From Verrucomicrobiia bacterium (GTDB taxonomy: Bacteria > Verrucomicrobiota > Verrucomicrobiia > Limisphaerales > UBA1319), in NCBI GenBank assembly GCA_963664225.1, contig OY760937.1, forward strand, positions 1,824,001 to 1,888,000: a stretch of DNA of 64,000 nucleotides, written 5' to 3'. The notes under the pieces were generated by a model. That model did no database searches. It was given only the letters and a program-made list of their open reading frames with translations, and was not told the origin of the DNA. Position numbers and translations under genes: made by a program. Of the stretch, positions 51,564 through 60,819 are shown one piece after another. Every line of letters starts with the position of its first letter. The stretch's first letter is position 1.

Positions 51564-51791
51564 TCAGGCGGGAACCTGTTCAGTGATCTCCGAGTTGATC
51601 ACGCTCGACTCAGCAAACCGCAGCGCAGCCTGGATGTCCGCGCGGGTCAATTCCGGGTAACCCTTGATAATGGCATCCCAAGATTCACCTTCCGCAAGCT
51701 GGCCGATGATGACTTCCACAGGTATCCGCGTGCCCTTGATCACGGGCCGACCGCCACACACGCGCGGATTGAACTCAATGCGATCGTTCAT
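51564..51791 (-). CDS. DUF433 domain protein (antitoxin-like)
   Basis: RIEFNPRVCGGRPVIKGTRIPV..YPELTRADIQAAL. Confidence 0.9.
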   Translation of the reverse strand: MNDRIEFNPRVCGGRPVIKGTRIPVEVIIGQLAEGESWDAIIKGYPELTRADIQAALRFAESSVINSEITEQVPA

Positions 51792-51898
51792 GACGTGACT
51801 GTGCCATCACCTGAGACCAAATTCAATGTCGAAACAGGAAGTTGGCATCAAGGCTCCCCCCATTGTTAATCCCACACATTTTGCAAATGTCGTTTTGC

Positions 51899-51912
51899 TT
51901 GATCCAGGTCAA
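51899..51912 (+). promoter_or_regulatory. CRP/FNR-family (FNR/Dnr/HcpR-like) binding site upstream of hcp
   Basis: TTGAT-CCAG-GTCAA, one mismatch to TTGAT-N4-ATCAA, about 120 bp upstream of the hcp ATG. Confidence 0.7.
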
Positions 51913-52031
51913 GGCGCTACATTGCCTATCCACTAAAGTAGGCCGAATAAATCAGGTTGGGTTCCAACCAGGAAGCGGCGCAATTTTTGCGTCGCGAGCG
52001 GGACCGGCCATAACCCATAGGAAAAGCGATT

Positions 52032-53684
52032 ATGTTTTGTTATCAATGCGAACAGACCTCCAAAGGCAAGGGCTGCGACACCTTCTCCGTGTGCGGCAAG
52101 GATGAGAATAGCGCCGTGCTTCAGGACCTGATCATCAACGCCGTCAAAGGCATCTCCCAATATGCCCACCGCGCCCGTTTGTTGGGAGTCACTGACCGGG
52201 AAATCGACGTCTTTGTTGTGGAATCGCTTTTCACCACGGTCACCAATGTGAATTTCGATGCCGTGCGCCTCGCCCAGTGGGCCGCGCGTGCCGGAGAGGT
52301 TCGTGACCGGGCGCTCGAACTCTATAAACGCGCCTGCGCCAAGGCCGGACAAACACCGGAAGTCCTCAAAGGCCCTTGCACATGGGTTCCGGCAACCAAT
52401 TTCGAAGGCCTGATTCAACAAGGCAAGCTCGTCTCCGTCCTTTCCCGTATCGACAAATATGGACCCGACATTGCGGGTTTGCAGGAACTCCTCGTTTACG
52501 GAGTCAAAGGCACGGCGGCTTATGCCGAGCACGCCCTGGTCCTGGGACAGGAGGCTGATGCGGTGTTCGCCTATTTCCACGAAGCGCTCAGTTTCCTGAC
52601 GAAGGATAATCCCACTGTGGATGAACTCTTCGCCATGAACATGAAGTGCGGCGAGGTGAATTTCCAGGTCATGGCCCTGCTCGACACCGCCAATACCAGC
52701 GCCTATGGACATCCCCAACCCACCGCTGTGCGCGTGGAACCAATCAAAGGCAAGGCCATCCTGGTTTCCGGCCACGACCTCAAGGATCTGGCGGAACTGC
52801 TTAAACAAACCGAGGGCAAAGGCATCATGGTCTATACCCACGGAGAAATGCTCCCTGCGCACGGCTATCCGAAACTCAAAGCCTTCAAACACCTGGCCGG
52901 AAATTACGGCGGCGCGTGGCAGGACCAGAAAGACGAATTCGCGGCCTTCCCCGGCGCGATCCTGATGACCACGAATTGCATTCAGGAACCGCAGGAGAAT
53001 TACCAGAATCGCATCTTCACCTCCGGCCTTGTGGCCTGGCCCGGCGTGACCCATGTCCCCAACCAAGACTTCACGCCGGTGATCGAGGCCGCGCTGGCCG
53101 CCCCCGGATTCCAGGATAACGGGCCGGACAAGACCATTCTTGTGGGCTTTGGCCACGAGGCGGTCATGGGTGTGGCGGGACAGGTGGTCGATGCGGTCAA
53201 ATCCGGAGCCATCAAACGCTTCTTCCTGGTCGGCGGATGTGACGGCGCGAAGAGTGGTCGCGATTATTACACCGAGTTCGCGCAGGCCGTTCCCAACGAT
53301 TGCGTGATCATGACCCTGGCCTGCGGCAAATACCGTTTCAACAAAATGGAATTTGGCACCATCGGCGGCATTCCGCGCCTGCTCGACATTGGGCAGTGCA
53401 ACGACGCCTACTCGGCGATCCAGATTGCGGTGGCGCTGTCGAAGGCCTTTAATTGCGGCGTCAACGACCTGCCCCTGTCCATGATCCTCTCCTGGTATGA
53501 ACAGAAGGCGGTGTGCATCCTCCTGACGCTCCTATATCTGGGCATCAAAAACATCCGGCTCGGGCCGAGCCTCCCGGCGTTCATCACGCCCAACGTGCTG
53601 AATGTGCTCGTCGATAAATTCAACCTCATGCCCATCACCACCGTGGATGCGGACATGAAAACGATTTTCGCAACCGCAGCGTAA
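52032..53684 (+). CDS. hcp: Hybrid cluster protein (hydroxylamine reductase/NO reductase)
   Basis: MFCYQCEQT..GC....VCGK, SGHDL, THGEMLP, GGCDG, GQCND, SWYEQKA. Confidence 0.97.
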   Translation: MFCYQCEQTSKGKGCDTFSVCGKDENSAVLQDLIINAVKGISQYAHRARLLGVTDREIDVFVVESLFTTVTNVNFDAVRLAQWAARAGEVRDRALELYKRACAKAGQTPEVLKGPCTWVPATNFEGLIQQGKLVSVLSRIDKYGPDIAGLQELLVYGVKGTAAYAEHALVLGQEADAVFAYFHEALSFLTKDNPTVDELFAMNMKCGEVNFQVMALLDTANTSAYGHPQPTAVRVEPIKGKAILVSGHDLKDLAELLKQTEGKGIMVYTHGEMLPAHGYPKLKAFKHLAGNYGGAWQDQKDEFAAFPGAILMTTNCIQEPQENYQNRIFTSGLVAWPGVTHVPNQDFTPVIEAALAAPGFQDNGPDKTILVGFGHEAVMGVAGQVVDAVKSGAIKRFFLVGGCDGAKSGRDYYTEFAQAVPNDCVIMTLACGKYRFNKMEFGTIGGIPRLLDIGQCNDAYSAIQIAVALSKAFNCGVNDLPLSMILSWYEQKAVCILLTLLYLGIKNIRLGPSLPAFITPNVLNVLVDKFNLMPITTVDADMKTIFATAA

Positions 53685-53713
53685 GAGCAAACGTAACAAA
53701 ATATCGTCGCAAC

Positions 53714-53763
53714 AAAAAATGCACCGGCTGTTGGCCAACGCCAGCTTGCGGTGCGTTTTTTTT
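53714..53763 (+). terminator. Rho-independent terminator after hcp
   Basis: GCACCG..CGGTGC stem flanked by A- and T-tracts. Confidence 0.6.
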
Positions 53764-53845
53764 GTAGTGGAAGACATCAGTCGTGAGCCCGATCTGTTCT
53801 TCAAAGACTCATGCGCTTCGATTAACCCGACCGCCCGTGTACATG

Positions 53846-53873
53846 AAAAAGGGGGAAGCTTGCGCCTTCCCCC
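53846..53873 (-). terminator. Rho-independent terminator of the lipoprotein operon
   Basis: GGGGGAAG/CTTCCCCC stem with an A5 tract on its left. Confidence 0.7.
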
Positions 53874-53901
53874 GGTGAATCATTTGGAAATGAGCGAACT
53901 G

Positions 53902-55011
53902 TTATTCGCCCATGCCATTGAGGATATCTTCCATCAACGCCAGAACGGTCGCCTCGGAAATCTCCGGCGTTCCGTAACTGCGGGCGACACTTTCAGCATA
54001 ATTGCCCCGGCCAATCAGATCCGCGGAAGCGGCTTGACCGATGATTTTGGAATCGCTCAGGCGGATGGCTGTGGCCTGGATGTCGGGCACCGAATAGGTT
54101 CTGTCCCCTGAGATACCCTGCACCTGGATGTTCTTCGAGGAGATCAACACCTCGATGGCGACATCGGAGACTTTCTTCAGAACCTCGCGGTCCTTGCGCG
54201 CCTGGTCACTATCCGTTGAGAGCTTGTATGGGCTGAGGGCCTGGCTATCCGCTATCTGGGTGGCGGTGCGTTGGTCGGCCAGGGACACACCGGCCATGCG
54301 CAGAGGGCGGCCGAAAATGCGTTCCACATCGCGCACCGTCTGGCGATCGGCCAGCGTCATATCCTTGCGCTCCTGAATGCGGTAGGTGTTTTCGTTGGAG
54401 GCCTTCTGAGTCCTGAATACAACCCCGTTCTTGTTGGTGCGCAGAGTGCCATCGGCGGCCTTGGCATCCGCACTGACCTTGACCTCGCTGGTGACCGCCA
54501 CAGTGCCGGAGGCGTTATCGCCGGAGATGGAGCCTTTGCTGCTCTCGGTCTTCTCGGTGCGGGCGGTGAGTTTCATTCCGGCCTGCTCATCGACCAACTC
54601 ACGGTTCACGGCGATGACCATGCGCGGGCTGCCCATTTTCGCATAGTTCGTGCGGAAACGATCGATCACGGCGCGGGCCTGTTGCGGTGTGACCAGAACA
54701 ACCTGGCTGCCGTAGAGCCGCTGGTCTTCGACCGGTTGGACCGGCACGTAATTGGTGCTGAGCACCTGATTGGTCACGGCCACGAAATTGGTCGTCGTGG
54801 TCGTGGTGGTGACGATCACCGGGTTGGTGGACACGGAAACATTCGTGCTGACGACCGCCTGCACGGGAACCGGCTGGCCCTGAACAATGGTGGATTGAAC
54901 GGGCGGCTGCTCCAATGGCGGCTTGGCCATTTGCACATGGGGTTCCGGCATGGCGGCTTGTGCCGCGATGATGGATGCCATCAACGAGCCTAAAAGGAAA
55001 GTTGTTTTCAT
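53902..55011 (-). CDS. Exported hypothetical protein, possibly CsgG/TolB-N-like alpha/beta fold
   Basis: Signal peptide, Thr/Asn/Val-rich N-terminal region, PRMVIAVN, C-terminal QATAIRLSDSKIIGQA. Confidence 0.65.
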   Translation of the reverse strand: MKTTFLLGSLMASIIAAQAAMPEPHVQMAKPPLEQPPVQSTIVQGQPVPVQAVVSTNVSVSTNPVIVTTTTTTTNFVAVTNQVLSTNYVPVQPVEDQRLYGSQVVLVTPQQARAVIDRFRTNYAKMGSPRMVIAVNRELVDEQAGMKLTARTEKTESSKGSISGDNASGTVAVTSEVKVSADAKAADGTLRTNKNGVVFRTQKASNENTYRIQERKDMTLADRQTVRDVERIFGRPLRMAGVSLADQRTATQIADSQALSPYKLSTDSDQARKDREVLKKVSDVAIEVLISSKNIQVQGISGDRTYSVPDIQATAIRLSDSKIIGQAASADLIGRGNYAESVARSYGTPEISEATVLALMEDILNGMGE

Positions 55012-55050
55012 ATTTCGCGCCCGCAATCACGCGGGCAATAAATTTTTCGT

Positions 55051-55464
55051 TTACCGGGCCTGGCGCACACGGATGGTGTAACGTCGGGCCAGGTTATTCA
55101 TGGACGTGAACTCGGTGTTTTCCTGGGAGTTCTCGGTGAGAATCACATTGGCCCAGGGTGTTTCGTCCCCGGTCGAGAAACCCTGCTCATCCTTGAAAAC
55201 GCAACTGACCTGCACCTGGATGCGGCGGTTCTCGCGGTTGCGAAGGTTCGCTTTCACACGCAGCCGGCCATCGGGCAAGAGTGCCTGCTGAATGCCCGAG
55301 CACGTGACCGATTTTTGCGTGCCCGAATCCATATCGACGAATTGCGCCTGGTTTTCCAGGTCGTATTTGGTGGTGTTCTTGGGGGCATACGCGCCGCTGT
55401 GACATCCGGAGATGACCACCGCGCCCGCCGCCACCGCCACTAGTATGAGATTACTGGTTTTCAT
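55051..55464 (-). CDS. YcfL/DUF1425 family lipoprotein
   Basis: Lipobox VISGC; DGRLRV..LRN..QVQV..FKDEQGF..W..N..A..Y. Confidence 0.8.
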   Translation of the reverse strand: MKTSNLILVAVAAGAVVISGCHSGAYAPKNTTKYDLENQAQFVDMDSGTQKSVTCSGIQQALLPDGRLRVKANLRNRENRRIQVQVSCVFKDEQGFSTGDETPWANVILTENSQENTEFTSMNNLARRYTIRVRQAR

Positions 55465-56635
55465 AGTTTACAACTGAAGGAGATTGATCGCTTACAAAAA
55501 TAACCGTGTCCTTGCCGGACGGATTGACTTTAAATTTAATGGTCTTGGTCAGACTGAGTAATGGACGATCCGCATTGTCCCGAAATTCAATGACGGCGGT
55601 GTGTTCGCCGGGCGCGGCCCGCATAGCGGCGAAACTCAGGTATTGGGGCAGGTTGTCCCAGCACCGGGTATCCGCCGCCGGCGTGCTGACCGATGAGACA
55701 ATCTTGCTGAGCAGGCCGAATGCGGCCAGCCCCAGGCCCGCCTCCTGCGTTCCCCGTTGCGTGGCCATCGCCAGACCGCCGATCAGCGCCACATTGCCAA
55801 CGACATCCGTGGCCGATTTAAACACCGCTTTGTTACCCAGAATATGGTCCATCACACGACCGCCGCGCGTTGTCGCCTGAAACGTGATGTCGTCGAAAAA
55901 GCTCGCGGCTACGTAATGGTCGTCGAGACGCACCAGAATACGGGTGGCTTCGGAACGCCCGGGCGAGAAGCGCAGTTGCTCGCCGTATTCCCCGCTGGCG
56001 TATTTGACGGGACCGCGCCCGTAATCCGCAAAAAAGAGGACGTTCGCCTGGGCATCATAAGGCGGCGTCACGGCCGAGCGACTGTTTGCTTTGGCCCGTT
56101 TAAAGGCATCCGAACCGTCTCCGGCCAGCTTCACGCTCGCCAGGCCATCCAGATAATCGAGCAACGAGTAATCCCCGGCGTATTCCTTCTGCTCGGCATC
56201 GCTGTCCTCAAACTGCGCGCTTCGAAAGCAGGCCCTGGCGTTATCCGGCTCTCCATCCATCCAATAGAGAATGCCGCGATAAAAATAGGCCATGACCCTT
56301 TCGTAAGGTTCGCCGCGGAATGATTTTTTGCTCTCTTCGCTAAAGACGCCGCGGGCGGCGCGGGCGCTTTTATCGCCAGCGGATATGCCGCCCAAAGTCG
56401 TGACCACGTCATCCAACGTGCGTTTGGCCTCGGCAAAGTCGCCCTTGCGCATGGCTGCTGCCGCCAGCCGGTCCTCCCACAGGATCCGATCTTTGGCCGG
56501 TCCCTGACTGATCGCGGCGCGCGCGTCGGTCTGCATGTCGCCCGTCATCGGCACATAGGATCGCTGCGAAGTGGTTTCGCAGCCTGCCAGCAGGGCCAAC
56601 AGGAAACAGAGAAGGATGGATCGCACGCCATTCAT
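55451..56635 (-). CDS. TPR-containing lipoprotein (COG3014-like)
   Basis: Lipobox LLAGC; FRGEPYERVM..NARACFR; ADTRCWDNLP. Confidence 0.7.
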   Translation of the reverse strand: MNGVRSILLCFLLALLAGCETTSQRSYVPMTGDMQTDARAAISQGPAKDRILWEDRLAAAAMRKGDFAEAKRTLDDVVTTLGGISAGDKSARAARGVFSEESKKSFRGEPYERVMAYFYRGILYWMDGEPDNARACFRSAQFEDSDAEQKEYAGDYSLLDYLDGLASVKLAGDGSDAFKRAKANSRSAVTPPYDAQANVLFFADYGRGPVKYASGEYGEQLRFSPGRSEATRILVRLDDHYVAASFFDDITFQATTRGGRVMDHILGNKAVFKSATDVVGNVALIGGLAMATQRGTQEAGLGLAAFGLLSKIVSSVSTPAADTRCWDNLPQYLSFAAMRAAPGEHTAVIEFRDNADRPLLSLTKTIKFKVNPSGKDTVIFVSDQSPSVVNYENQ

Positions 56636-56675
56636 ACCGCGCAGGTTACAGCCACAAATCGAATTGGGTATGGGC

Positions 56676-57308
56676 TCAACGATAGGCCGCATCTTCCAAA
56701 CCCTGTTTCTTGATCTCGGCCGAGTCCTCCCAGACGATTTCGCTGGTCCGGGCGCTGATCAATTGAAACGAGTAAAGAATATAATCGCTGATGCCGTTGC
56801 TGGTCTTGGTGCTCAAGCCCTGCAGTTTGCCGGTCAGGAAATAGTCGGCGCCTTTGAACTCGACGACATTGGGATCGCTGCTGCTGGTGACCTGGCCCGC
56901 CTGCTTGAGGCTGCGCTCCTTTTCCAGGGCGGCCATGTTCTCACGCGCCAGGAAACGAACCTTGCCTGCGGACTTCGAATTGAGCTGGGTGCGGATGCGC
57001 GTCAGGAAAATGTCCTTGTTGATGGGGAAACGTGATTCGTTGGCCACCGGTTCCAGCACAATGCGTGGTGCCGACTGGGCATTGGCGATTTCCGGGATTG
57101 CCAGAATGCTCCGTCCCATTTTTTCGGTCACAGCCACCAAATCCTGGGACTCGATGCCGGTGCCGGCCACGAAGCCGCGTTCATCGGCCTTCATTTCGGT
57201 GACATTGGCGCCGGAGGGATTTTTCACCCCGGAGGAGCAGCCCATGAGCAGGCCCGCAGTCATGACGAGGGTTGAGGTTAAAAAGAGTTGATACGTGATA
57301 CGTTTCAT
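56676..57308 (-). CDS. lpoB: Penicillin-binding protein activator LpoB-like lipoprotein
   Basis: Lipobox LLMGC; ESQDL..M..SI, NESRFPI, GADYFLTG, YSFQLI..EIVWED. Confidence 0.75.
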   Translation of the reverse strand: MKRITYQLFLTSTLVMTAGLLMGCSSGVKNPSGANVTEMKADERGFVAGTGIESQDLVAVTEKMGRSILAIPEIANAQSAPRIVLEPVANESRFPINKDIFLTRIRTQLNSKSAGKVRFLARENMAALEKERSLKQAGQVTSSSDPNVVEFKGADYFLTGKLQGLSTKTSNGISDYILYSFQLISARTSEIVWEDSAEIKKQGLEDAAYR

Positions 57309-57369
57309 AGTACGAGTCGTTTTTACAGTGGTCTTAAAGTAATAGTTAATTAAATGGGGACGCCAGTTT

Positions 57370-58017
57370 TTAGCGTCCAAAAAGACTATTGGCCGACGCC
57401 ATATTGTTGACTGGCTGCGGCGCGGGCGCGGAAATGGGTGCGGGAGCAGGCGCTGCCGCAGGCTGAGCGGTCACCGTCGTGGTCACCATCGTGGGGTTCG
57501 TTGCGGCCCAGCGCTCGTAACGCATGCGTTCGCGATATCGGGCGTTGGACTCCGCCACAGCGCCCAGAAGCATGCCCGCGCCAGCCCCAATGGCCACACC
57601 TTCCCAGGTTTGATGATGGCTGTTATTCCCAATGATGCCTCCGGCGAGACCGCCCATGAGAGCCCCGGCAACCACATAATTCGGACGATAACGCGGCGCA
57701 GGCGGAGGAGCATACGGCACCTGAGTATAGGTTACAGGACCCTGAACCACAATCACTTCTGTCGGAGGTGGAGGCGGGGGCGGCTGCTGATGATTCCGGT
57801 CATGAACACTCCCAATGATGGCGCCCGTGACCAGCCCCACACCTGCGCCAATGGCAATTCCTTCACCAGTGTGATGTCCATTGTTGTTGCCGATGACGCC
57901 GCCCACGACACCACCGACCACAGCACCGCCCACGGCACCGTTAACGGTACCGGAGCTCTGAGCGCATGCCATCCAAGGCATTAGGACTGCCACCGCAATA
58001 AAAGTCAGATGTTTCAT
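57370..58017 (-). CDS. Glycine-zipper protein (two zipper domains, Pro-rich linker)
   Basis: GAVGGAVVGGVVGGVIGNN..GIAIGAGVG and GALMGGLAGGIIGNN..GVAIGAGAG. Confidence 0.8.
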   Translation of the reverse strand: MKHLTFIAVAVLMPWMACAQSSGTVNGAVGGAVVGGVVGGVIGNNNGHHTGEGIAIGAGVGLVTGAIIGSVHDRNHQQPPPPPPPTEVIVVQGPVTYTQVPYAPPPAPRYRPNYVVAGALMGGLAGGIIGNNSHHQTWEGVAIGAGAGMLLGAVAESNARYRERMRYERWAATNPTMVTTTVTAQPAAAPAPAPISAPAPQPVNNMASANSLFGR

Positions 58018-58262
58018 AACACCTTTCACACTACTCGATCCATTGCTATTGACGTAAACTTCGGCCAACTATTCAGCCAAGCTCATCCTAGCACCAAACC
58101 GGGCGGCTTGTAAATGCCATCCCGAATCGCTGAATAAGCCCATTTTGCCGCCAGCGAGACCGCCTAAACTGTTGCCACCTATGTTCCAGATTGCATCGGC
58201 GTTGCAATTATATCCAATTCCGTGCTTACTGGGGCGCGCGTTCTTTTCGGACGCGGTTGCAA

Positions 58263-59369
58263 ATGAAACAGATTGTTCCTTTTTTGGATTTGGCGGCGCA
58301 AATGCGCCCGCTGCGGCAGGAAATTGAGACGGCCATCGGCCAGGTGCTCGATGAGTGCTCCTTTTGCCTTGGGCCACATGTCGAGTCGTTCGAGCGGCAT
58401 TTTGCCGAATTTTGCGGCGCTCAACATGCCATCGGGTTCAATAGCGGCACCTCCGCCCTGCATGTGGCGGCGCGGTTGCTCGATCTGAAGCCCGGCGACG
58501 AAGTCATCACCACACCGTTCACCTTCATCGCGACCTCCTGGGCCATTGTCTATACTGGGGCCACGCCCGTTTACGTGGATATCGAGGACCGGTATTTCAA
58601 TCTGGATCCCGCGAAGGTCGAAGCCGCCATCACCCCGCGCACCAAGGCGATTTTCCCCGTCCATTTGTTCGGGCATCCCTGTGATCTGGATCCCTTGCGC
58701 GAGATTTGCAAGCGACACAAGCTGGCCCTGGTGGAGGACGCGGCCCAGGCCCATGGCGCGCTCTACAAAGGTCGGCCGGTGGGGGCGATTGGCGACATGG
58801 GGGCGTTCAGTTTTTATCCCTCGAAAAACCTCGGCGCGTGCGGCGAAGCGGGTGCGCTGGTCACCAATAGCGACACACTGGCGAAACGGGCCCGGTCACT
58901 TCGAAACCATGGGTCACCGGTTTCCTACGTGCATGAGGAAGTCGGCTACAACTACCGAATGGAAGGCCTGCACGGCGCGATTCTGGACATCAAACTCAAG
59001 CACCTGGCGGGGTGGAATGCCGGGCGTCGCCGCGTGGCGCAACGCTACGGGGAACTGCTGAAAAACACATCGGTGCGCCTGCCCTCTCAAGCCCCATGGG
59101 CGGAACCGGTCCATCATCTCTTCCTGGTGCAACATTCCCAGCGCGACGCCTTGAAGAACCACCTGGAATCGCGAGGGATTGGTTGCCGCCTGATTTATCA
59201 AACGCCGCTGCACCTGCAAAAGTGCTTCGCAGGGCTGAATTATAAGCCGGGCGACCTGCCGATTGCGGAAAAAACCGCCAGTGAAGGGCTCGCGCTGCCG
59301 ATGTTCCCGGAAATGACGGAGGAGCAAATCCAGACTGTTGTCAAAGCCATCCAGGAGTTTCCGGGCTGA
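58263..59369 (+). CDS. DegT/DnrJ/EryC1/StrS aminotransferase
   Basis: NSGTSALH, EDAAQAHGA, SFYPSKNLG, GYNYRM. Confidence 0.95.
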   Translation: MKQIVPFLDLAAQMRPLRQEIETAIGQVLDECSFCLGPHVESFERHFAEFCGAQHAIGFNSGTSALHVAARLLDLKPGDEVITTPFTFIATSWAIVYTGATPVYVDIEDRYFNLDPAKVEAAITPRTKAIFPVHLFGHPCDLDPLREICKRHKLALVEDAAQAHGALYKGRPVGAIGDMGAFSFYPSKNLGACGEAGALVTNSDTLAKRARSLRNHGSPVSYVHEEVGYNYRMEGLHGAILDIKLKHLAGWNAGRRRVAQRYGELLKNTSVRLPSQAPWAEPVHHLFLVQHSQRDALKNHLESRGIGCRLIYQTPLHLQKCFAGLNYKPGDLPIAEKTASEGLALPMFPEMTEEQIQTVVKAIQEFPG

Positions 59370-59470
59370 GACCTGTCTGGGAATGCAGAAGACTGCCGCC
59401 GGAAGGCGGCGCAGATGAAATCTGGAAGGGGGCCACATGACGTGGTCCCGCGTCCATTTAAAAAGGCCGA

Positions 59471-60271
59471 CTAAAACTTGTAATTGATGCCGCTGACGAG
59501 TTTGATGTCGTTGGCCTTGCGCCCCACGGCGGGTTTGCTGTGGTAAGTATCCTGAATGAGCGTGCGCAGGCTTAGTTTCTTGGTCAAGTCAGCCTCAATG
59601 CCCGCTTCGGCGTTCAGGATGTAATTTTCCAATCTATCCACCTGCGGGAGGAATTCCAATGACTGCCACACGCGGGCCCGGTCATTAAGCTTTTGTTCGA
59701 AGCGTTCGGCAATGCGGGCCGCCAGATACTGCTTATCTTTTCCGCCCTGCTTCTCCAACACCATGCTGGGACCAGCCTCAGCGCTCAGACGGGTCTTCTC
59801 ATTCTTGATGAAATAATAACCGACGCCAGGACCGATCGTGATCCGGTAATCGACATCCGCCACGGCATCATGGAGGGCGTCCACACGCGCATAGGCGTAA
59901 AACCGATCGGAAAACAGCCGGTTGTATTGTCCAAAGCCATGCACCTGTTCAATGTTTTTTACATCCTCGTTCTCGCCGTAGGAGCCATCCGCCCCGAGGC
60001 TGATTTCGTTCTGGTTCCACTTTCTTAACGCGAGAACATTGGCGTTGAAAAGCAGTGTTTTGCTATTGCCACGAGTGACCGTGGCGCCAATGGCAACGCT
60101 GCGTTCCCAGGGAGATTTCTTTTCCGGCTCGACGGCCTTCGCGGCTGCGTCCGCCGGCGCGGCTTTCGGATCCGCAGCGGCTGGCGCATCTGCGGCAAGA
60201 GTTGAAACGGCACCTCCCAAGGCAGCGGTGCAAAACAAAGCGATCCCGAGTCCCATTATCTTTCGTTGCAT
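59471..60271 (-). CDS. DUF481 outer-membrane beta-barrel (YdiY-like)
   Basis: Signal peptide, TRGNS, GPGVGYY, C-terminal YKF. Confidence 0.85.
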   Translation of the reverse strand: MQRKIMGLGIALFCTAALGGAVSTLAADAPAAADPKAAPADAAAKAVEPEKKSPWERSVAIGATVTRGNSKTLLFNANVLALRKWNQNEISLGADGSYGENEDVKNIEQVHGFGQYNRLFSDRFYAYARVDALHDAVADVDYRITIGPGVGYYFIKNEKTRLSAEAGPSMVLEKQGGKDKQYLAARIAERFEQKLNDRARVWQSLEFLPQVDRLENYILNAEAGIEADLTKKLSLRTLIQDTYHSKPAVGRKANDIKLVSGINYKF

Positions 60272-60554
60272 AGGTTTTTTGTGTTTTTAAAGACAAGCGC
60301 TTGGGCGTGAAAATATCATTAATATTGTGTTAATCAAATAATAAGATCGGGTTTTTCCACCTCGCGGGGGGAACTTAAAGCCAAAGGCACTGCGGGCGCA
60401 AAAAACGAGGCGGACTCTCAAATATTTGCGCTCGATTTTCACCGGATGATCATCCATAACTGAGACCGTTCCTGCGCACTTTAATGGGATGCGCGGGCCT
60501 TATCGCGGGGGATCGAGGTTGAATGTTGGGTCTGTTGGAGTTTTCTCTTGAGCA

Positions 60555-60764
60555 ATGAAACGAAATGATCAATCCAGCGGCCGGGGTTTCACATTGATTG
60601 AAATGTTGTGCGTAATTGCGGCCATCGCCATTTTGCTCAGCCTCATTGCGGGCCCCATCGCAAAAGGGATCAAAAGAGCCAAAAAACTGTCCTCAGATGT
60701 AGGTCAGGGCCAGACCAACATCGTCAAAGAGCAGGAGCCGGGCGGAGCATTGTCGGCTGAATAA
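60555..60764 (+). CDS. Very short prepilin-type protein (69 aa)
   Basis: GRGFTLIEMLCVIAAIAILLSL. Confidence 0.7.
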   Translation: MKRNDQSSGRGFTLIEMLCVIAAIAILLSLIAGPIAKGIKRAKKLSSDVGQGQTNIVKEQEPGGALSAE

Positions 60765-60819
60765 AGTGCGGTCGGCGCACGGCTGGCTCCATTTAAACCT
60801 CCAACACCAACCATCCAAA

